A DNA stretch of 64,000 bases from Balneolales bacterium (lineage in GTDB: Bacteria; Bacteroidota; Rhodothermia; Balneolales; Natronogracilivirgulaceae). Shown in pieces: positions 39,839-47,090 of the stretch. The number at the start of each line of letters is the position of its first letter. Position 1 is the first letter of the stretch. The DNA lies in NCBI GenBank assembly GCA_007132495.1, contig SLOL01000057.1, forward strand, positions 28,994-92,993, read 5' to 3'. The notes beneath the pieces were generated by a model. It saw only the letters and a program-made list of their open reading frames with translations. It did not search any database and was not told where the DNA came from. The position numbers and the translations under genes were made by a program.

Positions 39839-40288
39839 TCAGGACTTCTGATGAATCAAAATTTCACGCCTCTCTCCTTTCAGATGCCTGATTTCAACCG
39901 ACCAGCAAACGGGAGGCAGATACGGGGCGATTTTTTCCGGCCACTCAATCAGAGTAATCCCGCTGCCGTAGAGATACTCCTCAAGTCCGATCTCCAGGGC
40001 CTCCTCCGGTCGCTGCATGCGATAACAGTCCAAATGATACAGAACACATCTGCCCGGATATTCATGAACCAGGGAAAAAGTCGGTGACTGCACCTCCTCT
40101 TCCGGTATGCCGAAATAACGGGCGACGCCCTTGACAAAGTGTGTTTTTCCGGTACCCATCTCTCCTTCAAGCAAAACGACATCTCCCGGCTTCAATAGCT
40201 GCGCAAACGCTTCACCGGCTTGGACGGTTTCACCGACACCTTTTGAAATAAAATATGATGGCTGCTTACCGGCTGCTGGCTGTGACAC
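39839..40288 (-). CDS. tsaE: tRNA threonylcarbamoyladenosine biosynthesis ATPase TsaE
   Basis: LEGEMGTGKTHFVKG Walker A, SPTFSLVHEY and YHLDCYR motifs. Confidence 0.9.
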   Translation of the reverse strand: MSQPAAGKQPSYFISKGVGETVQAGEAFAQLLKPGDVVLLEGEMGTGKTHFVKGVARYFGIPEEEVQSPTFSLVHEYPGRCVLYHLDCYRMQRPEEALEIGLEEYLYGSGITLIEWPEKIAPYLPPVCWSVEIRHLKGERREILIHQKS

Positions 40289-40351
40289 GTTGCAAGTTTA
40301 CGATGTTACCGTATGTTACCCGGAATGAAAAAACCCGGATGAGATCGGTTT

Positions 40352-41899
40352 TTATTTCGGCTGAAGGTTAATCAGTGGCAGGATCATCTCTTCCATGGAT
40401 GCCCCGCCGTGCTGGAAGGTATCGTGGTATTTGTTTTGAAACTTGTTGTAATTGGTGGGATAAACAAAATAGTAATCTTCCTTGGCAATAATATAATGAG
40501 AATTCATCTTGCTGCGGGGAAGGAAGTAATCCTCGGGTTTGTCGATGAAAATGGCAGCGCTGTTATCGCACCGCAGATGGCGCCCGAACTTGTATCTCAG
40601 ACTGGTTGATGTATCACGATCTCCGAGCACTTTGGTATCGCGCATGGCGCGAATAGAGCCATGATCGGTGGTAATGATAATATTTACATCGCGTTCAGCA
40701 AGTTTCTTAAGCATTTGAAACAGAGCGGAGTGGGCAAACCAGGTCCGTGTCAGCTCCCGGAAAGCGGGCACATCCGGGGCAATCTCTTTCAATACCTGGG
40801 AGTCAGAGCGTGTGTGGACAAGCGTATCTACAAAATTGATTACAAAAGCGCTGAAATCGGCCTGGGTATAGTTGACAATTTTTTCCGCTATCCGCTTGCC
40901 TTCGGCAGACTGCAGGACTTTTTCGTATTTGGTTTTGACCTTCATTTTTTTTCGGTCGAACTGGGCCTGCATCAATTCTGCTTCATGCTGGTTTAACGAA
41001 GATTCGTTTTCATCTCCGTGGGTCCAGAGGCCGGGGTAGTGCCGCTCGATCTGGGAGGGATACAGCCCGGAAAAAATCGCATTCCGGGAGTAGGGTGTCG
41101 CCGTGGGTAATATGGAGTAATAAAAATCGGTAGTGATGTTGTAGTAGGGTGTCAGCATTTGCTCGAATACAAGCCACTGATCATACCTCATGCAGTCAAT
41201 GATAAACAGGAACGTGCTTTTCCCGTTGCCCATTTTCGGCATGACCACCTCGCTTATAATATCCGGTGACAACATGGGCCGCTCATCCCGGCCTGAGCGC
41301 AGCCAGTCATAGTACTCGCTTTCGATATACTTGCCGAATGCGGAGTTGGCGGACTGTATCTGGTCCTGGAGTACCTGCTTAAGCCCCTCCTCCGAACTTT
41401 TCAACTCCATGTGCCAACCGGTAAGACGACGATATATCGTTATCCAGTCATTGAACTCCGGCTGATCATTGATCATCGCCGTGATCTCGTTGAAGCTCTG
41501 GAGATAAGACTGTGCTGATTTCTCGTTCCGGATGCGGCTGCGGTCCAGTATGCGCTTCACCGTCAGCAGAATCTGATTCGGATTGACCGGCTTGATGAGA
41601 TAATCGGAGATCTTGCCCCCGATGGCATCTTCCATGATCTCTTCTTCCTCACTTTTGGTAATCATGACTACCGGAATACCGGGCTGCCTCAATTTCAGCT
41701 CATTCAGGGTGGCCAGTCCGTCCATTCCCGGCATCTGTTCATCCAGAAAAATGATATCAAACCTCTCCTCTGCAACCATGGCAAGCGCGTCCTCACCATT
41801 GGTTACCGGTTTTACTTGATAGCCCTTTTTTTCCAGAAAAATCATGTGGGGCTTCAACTGATCTATCTCGTCATCAACCCATAAAATGGATACCTTCAT
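40352..41899 (-). CDS. porX: PorX-type response regulator (receiver + PglZ/alkaline-phosphatase-superfamily domain), T9SS-associated
   Basis: Receiver motif [14 protein letters not shown] followed by about 390 aa with a PglZ-like layout (IITTDHGS); 515 aa in total. Confidence 0.8.
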   Translation of the reverse strand: MKVSILWVDDEIDQLKPHMIFLEKKGYQVKPVTNGEDALAMVAEERFDIIFLDEQMPGMDGLATLNELKLRQPGIPVVMITKSEEEEIMEDAIGGKISDYLIKPVNPNQILLTVKRILDRSRIRNEKSAQSYLQSFNEITAMINDQPEFNDWITIYRRLTGWHMELKSSEEGLKQVLQDQIQSANSAFGKYIESEYYDWLRSGRDERPMLSPDIISEVVMPKMGNGKSTFLFIIDCMRYDQWLVFEQMLTPYYNITTDFYYSILPTATPYSRNAIFSGLYPSQIERHYPGLWTHGDENESSLNQHEAELMQAQFDRKKMKVKTKYEKVLQSAEGKRIAEKIVNYTQADFSAFVINFVDTLVHTRSDSQVLKEIAPDVPAFRELTRTWFAHSALFQMLKKLAERDVNIIITTDHGSIRAMRDTKVLGDRDTSTSLRYKFGRHLRCDNSAAIFIDKPEDYFLPRSKMNSHYIIAKEDYYFVYPTNYNKFQNKYHDTFQHGGASMEEMILPLINLQPK

Positions 41900-42150
41900 G
41901 CTTGTCTGTTTTAAAGTTTATGCAGCAATGCGATGCCGTTGTTAAAAAAAGGTCTGTCAAACCTTGTGCCGCACTGCATCCGTAAAATTATCAAAATCAA
42001 AGACGGAAATCGGCTGCTTCCGGTCAGGCGACAGGTTCTTCCCGATATCCGTGAGCTTCAAAATATGTGCAATGAAATGGCAATGACGACTCCCCGACAC
42101 ACAGGAGCATGACTACAGTCATCATGGGCATTTCACTTCGTGACCTTCGG

Positions 42151-42260
42151 TTCATGTGTTTAAATTATATGTATCACAATGTCACATGTAATGACATGAC
42201 CGTATTTAATCATACGAATGTGTGTCCGGGCGGATGCCCGGTCATGTGCATTTCATATGT
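42151..42260. repeat. Copy A of a roughly 110-nt intergenic element (inverted relative to copy B at 58414-58525)
   Basis: Hand alignment to the reverse complement of 58414-58525 gives 85 matches in about 111 columns. The 24-nt stretch 42181-42204 is identical to the reverse complement of 58471-58494, and 35 of 36 positions match over 42181-42216. Confidence 0.85.
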
Positions 42261-42310
42261 CCATAGAAATAAAAAAATAAACATATGATACTTTCCAGTA
42301 TGCATAACGC

Positions 42311-42327
42311 ATTCCGGCTGCCGGAAT
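42311..42327 (-). terminator. Candidate terminator hairpin downstream of comEA
   Basis: ATTCCGG-CTG-CCGGAAT inverted repeat 43 nt after the comEA stop. No clear U-tract follows. Confidence 0.3.
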
Positions 42328-42369
42328 TACATATAGCTTTCCGTACCGGTGAAATCCCTGATGCCCGAA

Positions 42370-43050
42370 TCACTCGACAACAAGATGCTTTCTGATGTTA
42401 TCCAGGGTCACGGGACCGATTCCCGATACTTCCAACAACGCTTCCGGTTGTTCAAACCGGCCGTGCTCATTCCGGTAATCCAGGATCCTTTCAGCGGTGA
42501 CCGGTCCGATTCCCGGCAGAGTCATCAACTCCTCCTTGCCGGCCGACTGTATGTTGACCGGCGCTATCTCTTTACGCTCCTGATCATCCTTTTCCTTGTC
42601 CGCCCCCGGTTGGTCATCTTTCCGACCCGTTGTATCGGGATCGTTTTCATTATCCCGGTGCATCTCACCCCGACCGGTCTCATCACGGCTCACATCACTG
42701 GAATCTGTCAATAGCGGCGCATACTTCGAACTACCGCCGGCTGAAACCAGGCTCATTCCCGCAGCGTGCTCTGCCGGTTCCTTGTTGTCGGACTTTCCGC
42801 CCTGATCGGCTTTCGACGGATAATAGCGGGCCATAACTTTTCTTTCATTCTGTGCCTCCACTTTCGAGAGTCTCCGGAACTCTTCCATGACCGGTTCATA
42901 ATATCCTTGATCATAGACTGCACGGTCCGGAGAAAAAACCGAAAAGCCGGTGACCCCGACAATCAGAGTCATCAGCGTCAGCATAATCCGGCGTTCTCCG
43001 GCTGATATCTGCAACGCATCCAGCCAAAAAAACAGCGTTCTTCTCCACAT
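42370..43050 (-). CDS. comEA: ComEA family DNA-binding protein (helix-hairpin-helix)
   Basis: The C-terminus LMTLPGIGPVTAERILDYRNEHGRFEQPEALLEVSGIGPVTLDNI is a tandem HhH. Start set at MWRRTLFFW (ATG 43050), immediately before the TM helix. Confidence 0.8.
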   Translation of the reverse strand: MWRRTLFFWLDALQISAGERRIMLTLMTLIVGVTGFSVFSPDRAVYDQGYYEPVMEEFRRLSKVEAQNERKVMARYYPSKADQGGKSDNKEPAEHAAGMSLVSAGGSSKYAPLLTDSSDVSRDETGRGEMHRDNENDPDTTGRKDDQPGADKEKDDQERKEIAPVNIQSAGKEELMTLPGIGPVTAERILDYRNEHGRFEQPEALLEVSGIGPVTLDNIRKHLVVE

Positions 43051-43262
43051 CGCTCCGACATCGGTCTTAATTCGGGTTTCCCGGCAGTACAAAATGTCCA
43101 CCGGTCTGATCGGTCCCATTCGTGGAATGACACCACGGCACTCCCTCAATGCGGAATGCCGGCTCAATCCAAACCGGTATCTCTCTAATCACAGAGCACC
43201 GAACCACCCTGCTCTTACAGGGTTCGAACAAATCCGTACCATTTCAGAAACAGCACCTCCCT

Positions 43263-44867
43263 TTACTTCTTGAAACGAAGGAGATTTTCCTCCCCGACCG
43301 CTTCCACTGCCGAGTTCAGGGCATACATGCTCTCAAAAAGCACGATGGGATGCCCCTCAATATCAAACGTGACATTCGTGGAGTAAGAAGCCTTGAGTTT
43401 GTCAATGACCCGCTCATCGTCCGGCAGCCATCGTGCGGCGATGTAGGATGTAGGGGAAAGTGATATGTCGGCCTTGTACTCTGCGTTCATGCGATGCGCA
43501 ACCACTTCAAACTGCAATGCACCCACGGTTCCGAGCAGCAGCTCATTGCCGACCCCGTCGGGAAGCTCGAAAACATTGACCACTCCCTCTTCCGACAATT
43601 GCTTGAGCCCTTCACGCAACTGCTTTCTCTTGAACGGATCTTTGGAAGAGGCTTTCCGGAAATGTTCGGGCGAAAACAGCGGGATGACATCAAAGTTGAC
43701 AGGATCACCGATATGCAGTGTACTTCCGATGCGGAAATCACCCGGATTGAACAGCGCGACGATATCGCCCGGATAGGCGATGTCCAGTAGCTTTCGTTCT
43801 TCGCCCATCAGGCTGTGGGGGGTGGACATCCGCAGCTTCCGGCCGTTACCGGAAAGAGTAACCTCCATTCCCCGCTCAAACACCCCGGAGGTCACTCGTA
43901 CAAAAGCGGTACAGTCCCGGTGTTCGGGGTTCATGTTGGCCTGCAGCTTGAAAACAAATCCGGAAAAATCCTGCTCCAGTTCCCTCTGGTCACCGCTGTC
44001 GGTCTCGTAGGTCTGCGGAGGAGGGGCCAGTTGCGGAAAATAGTTGAGAAACAGATCGAGTCCGAAGTTATTCAGAGCGGATCCGAAAAAAACGGGAGAG
44101 GCCTCCCCGTTACGGAATGCCTCTTCATCCATATTTGAGTATTCATCACCGATCAGATCCGCGATTTCGCGGCACTCCTCCTTCTCTGAGTCCCCCAGCG
44201 AACTCTCCTCCAATCCTTTCTCCAGAGACAACAGATCGGCATCGGCTTTTTGGGCACCGTGCTTGATTTTTCGATACAGGTGCATCTCCTTGCCGATCAG
44301 ATCGTAAACCCCCTGGAAATCGGCGCCGTACCCGATCGGCCATGAGGCCGGTATGGCCGTAATTCCCAGCTTCTCCTCGATATTACTGAGGACTTCGAGC
44401 GGCTCCATGCCGGGCCGGTCGCATTTGTTCACAAACGTGATGACCGGTATTTGCCGCAGCCGGCAGACTTCGAACAGCTTTTCGGTCTGCTCTTCCACCC
44501 CCTTGGCGACGTCGATCACCATCAGGGCGCAGTCGGCGGCAATGAGGGTCCGGAAGGTGTCTTCCGAAAAATCCTTGTGGCCCGGGGTATCCAGCAGATT
44601 ATAACGGATGCCGTCTTTCTCAAAGCGCATCACCGAGGAGGTCACCGATATGCCACGCTCCTGCTCGATGGCCATCCAGTCGGATGCCGCGTGCCGGGCC
44701 GCCTTGCGCTGCTTGATGGAGCCGGCCTCGTGGATAGCTCCGCCATACAGCAGCAGCTTCTCGGTAAGGGTGGTTTTACCGGCATCGGGATGGGAAATAA
44801 TGGCGAAGGTGCGGCGCCTTGCCACTTCTTCGCGAATACCGTTTTTCTGCATGACTGCCATTTGCAT
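43263..44867 (-). CDS. prfC: Peptide chain release factor 3
   Basis: RRTFAIISHPDAGKTTLTEKLLLYGGAI, DTPGHKDF and NKCD GTPase motifs; 534 aa. Confidence 0.93.
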   Translation of the reverse strand: MQMAVMQKNGIREEVARRRTFAIISHPDAGKTTLTEKLLLYGGAIHEAGSIKQRKAARHAASDWMAIEQERGISVTSSVMRFEKDGIRYNLLDTPGHKDFSEDTFRTLIAADCALMVIDVAKGVEEQTEKLFEVCRLRQIPVITFVNKCDRPGMEPLEVLSNIEEKLGITAIPASWPIGYGADFQGVYDLIGKEMHLYRKIKHGAQKADADLLSLEKGLEESSLGDSEKEECREIADLIGDEYSNMDEEAFRNGEASPVFFGSALNNFGLDLFLNYFPQLAPPPQTYETDSGDQRELEQDFSGFVFKLQANMNPEHRDCTAFVRVTSGVFERGMEVTLSGNGRKLRMSTPHSLMGEERKLLDIAYPGDIVALFNPGDFRIGSTLHIGDPVNFDVIPLFSPEHFRKASSKDPFKRKQLREGLKQLSEEGVVNVFELPDGVGNELLLGTVGALQFEVVAHRMNAEYKADISLSPTSYIAARWLPDDERVIDKLKASYSTNVTFDIEGHPIVLFESMYALNSAVEAVGEENLLRFKK

Positions 44868-45056
44868 GATTTTTAGGAAAACATATTAAAATACGAAAAA
44901 TTGCCCTTTTAAGCCAGCATCTAATCATTGAGACCCCGGGCCGTGACGACCATGCCAAAAGCTACCATTGAGTGAAAACAGCATATAATAGTATTATAAT
45001 GGCATTGTTTTTTTCTTCCAATTGAAGCATATTCTGAAAGTTTTTGAACGTATGGC

Positions 45057-45091
45057 AGGTTCTGTTGACAAACAGAACCTTTATTTTTGTT
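45057..45091 (+). terminator. Strong intrinsic-terminator-like hairpin in the 5' leader of the downstream symporter gene
   Basis: AGGTTCTGTT-GACA-AACAGAACCT, a perfect 10-bp stem, followed by TTATTTTTGTT. It ends 29 nt before ATG 45120. No plus-strand gene lies upstream for it to terminate. Confidence 0.7.
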
Positions 45092-45119
45092 GCCGGATAC
45101 ATCATCAAATGGATATGGA

Positions 45120-46994
45120 ATGGTTTCAACACTGACGACATTAGACTGGCTGCTCGTTGCATCCTACTTCGTACTGGCTCTTGGAATTGCACTCTACTTT
45201 TATGCCAGGGCCGGTAAAAGCACAGCCGAGTTTTTCCTGTCGGGCCGAAACATGCCCTGGTGGATCATCGGCACCAGTATGGTCGCCACCACCTTTGCCG
45301 CCGACACCCCGCTTGCCGTTACAGAGATGGTGGCCGAAGATGGTATTGCCGGAAACTGGCTTTGGTGGAACTTTGTGATGGGTGGTATGCTCACGGTATT
45401 TTTCTTCGCCCGTTTATGGCGCAGAAGCGGCGTACTGACCGATGTTGAATTCATAGAGCTCCGCTACAGCGGCAAAGAAGCCGCCTGGCTGCGCGGACTC
45501 AAAGCCATCTACTTCGGGTTATTGATGAATATTATCATCCTGGGTTGGGTTTCGCTTGCGATGGAGTCCATTTTCAATGTCCTTTTTCCGGGCATGACCA
45601 TGTTCGGCCATGACTCCTTTACCGTCATGGGAATTTATATCAGCGCGCCGCTTGCCCTCGTCGGCTTCCTCATTATCTTCGTCGGCGTCTTCTCGCTGAT
45701 CTCCGGTCTCTGGGGAGTGGCCGTAACCGATATCTTCCAGTTTACCGTTGCGCTCGGGGGAACCATTGTCCTTGCCATTTATGCCGTTAACATCCCCGAA
45801 ATCGGTGGAATCTCCGGACTCCAGGAGCAGCTGCCTGCCGAGACCTTCAACTTCCTGCCGACTGTCGGACAGACGGCCGAAGGGGTGGCGGTACTCTCGC
45901 TCAGTGTCGGTGCTTTTGCGGCCTATTTCGGGGTTCAGTGGTGGTCAAGCTGGTATCCCGGCTCGGAGCCCGGGGGCGGCGGCTATGTCGCTCAGCGTAT
46001 TATGAGCGCCAGGGATGAAAAGCATTCCCTTTTTGCCACACTCTGGTTCAACATCGCCCACTACTGCCTGCGCCCCTGGCCCTGGATCATTGTTGCACTG
46101 GTATCACTGGTGCTGTACCCGGACCTGGATGACTCGCGTGAGGGATTTGTCCTTGTCATGCGTGATGTACTGCCTCCCGGCCTGCTGGGCCTTCTTTTCG
46201 CGGCATTCCTCGCCGCATTCACCAGCACCTTTGCTGCTCATCTGAACTGGGGAACTTCCTATCTGGTCAATGACTTCTGGCGTCGTTTCATTAAGTCTGA
46301 TGGTGACGAACGCCATTATGTCCTGGTCTCCCGAATAGTAACCTTTGCACTCGCCGTCCTCGCCTTTCTGGTTACCACTCAGCTGGATAACATCCGTCAG
46401 GCCTGGGGACTGGTTCTTACAGCCTCCGGCGGACTCGGCCTTGTGCTTATCCTCCGCTGGTACTGGTGGCGCATCAACGCCTGGAGTGAACTGGCGGCTT
46501 CCCTGACCCCGATCTTCCTGGTCATACTGGTCCTGTTCGGTGTGCCCGTACCCGGTATTGTGGATCCGTTCCCGCTCAATCTCTACTATGTCGTGGCGAT
46601 TACAACGGTAGTATGGCTTGCCGTAACCTATATGACCAAGCCCACAGAAAAATCAAAACTGACTACCTTCTATCGACGTGTACGACCCGGCGGACCGGGC
46701 TGGAAGCCGCTTGAGAAGGAGAACCCGGATATCTCATCGGACGGATCCCTTTGGCCGTTGCTCGGAAACTGGGTGGCCGGGGTCATACTGGTCTATATGG
46801 CACTATTCGGATTCGGTCATTTCCTGTTTGGGAACTACGGTTATGCTCTGCTGTGTGCTCTGCTCGGGGTGGCAGCGATCAGTTACCTTTATTGGGATCT
46901 CAGCAAGCGTGGATTTGATACCATCATTGAACATGACCAACCCTCTGATGATTCTGATGATGAGGATACGACTCGGGATGGGGGCCACGTATAA
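45120..46994 (+). CDS. Sodium:solute symporter family transporter
   Basis: Polytopic, with an SSF N-terminal signature (FFLSGRNMPWWIIGTSMVATTFAADTPL). Start set at ATG 45120, because the track's TTG start at 45087 lies in the terminator T-tract. Confidence 0.8.
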   Translation: MVSTLTTLDWLLVASYFVLALGIALYFYARAGKSTAEFFLSGRNMPWWIIGTSMVATTFAADTPLAVTEMVAEDGIAGNWLWWNFVMGGMLTVFFFARLWRRSGVLTDVEFIELRYSGKEAAWLRGLKAIYFGLLMNIIILGWVSLAMESIFNVLFPGMTMFGHDSFTVMGIYISAPLALVGFLIIFVGVFSLISGLWGVAVTDIFQFTVALGGTIVLAIYAVNIPEIGGISGLQEQLPAETFNFLPTVGQTAEGVAVLSLSVGAFAAYFGVQWWSSWYPGSEPGGGGYVAQRIMSARDEKHSLFATLWFNIAHYCLRPWPWIIVALVSLVLYPDLDDSREGFVLVMRDVLPPGLLGLLFAAFLAAFTSTFAAHLNWGTSYLVNDFWRRFIKSDGDERHYVLVSRIVTFALAVLAFLVTTQLDNIRQAWGLVLTASGGLGLVLILRWYWWRINAWSELAASLTPIFLVILVLFGVPVPGIVDPFPLNLYYVVAITTVVWLAVTYMTKPTEKSKLTTFYRRVRPGGPGWKPLEKENPDISSDGSLWPLLGNWVAGVILVYMALFGFGHFLFGNYGYALLCALLGVAAISYLYWDLSKRGFDTIIEHDQPSDDSDDEDTTRDGGHV

Positions 46995-47090
46995 CGGCTA
47001 TTCCCGTTTCTGATCGCATCCGGTTCGACTCCTGCATAAGAACGTTGTATATTGTCGGAGAAGCCAGAAAACCGGAATTAATCAGAAATC

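Noticed and set aside
42012-42028. The GGCTGCTTCCGGTCAGG complement (CCTGACCGGAAGCAGCC) resembles the SRP RNA domain IV motif
   Set aside because: The GGAA tetraloop is not closed by the required UCC/GGA helix, the second GGAAG is missing, and the flanks do not form a long helix.
43221-43229. GGTTCGAAC, a T-loop-like word in the prfC/comEA spacer, suggested a tRNA
   Set aside because: No complementary T-stem, acceptor stem or anticodon arm can be drawn on either strand.
45087-45119. TTG start proposed by the track for the 635-aa symporter
   Set aside because: The TTG lies within the T-tract of the leader hairpin terminator. ATG 45120 (MVSTLTTLDWLL) begins right at the first TM helix.
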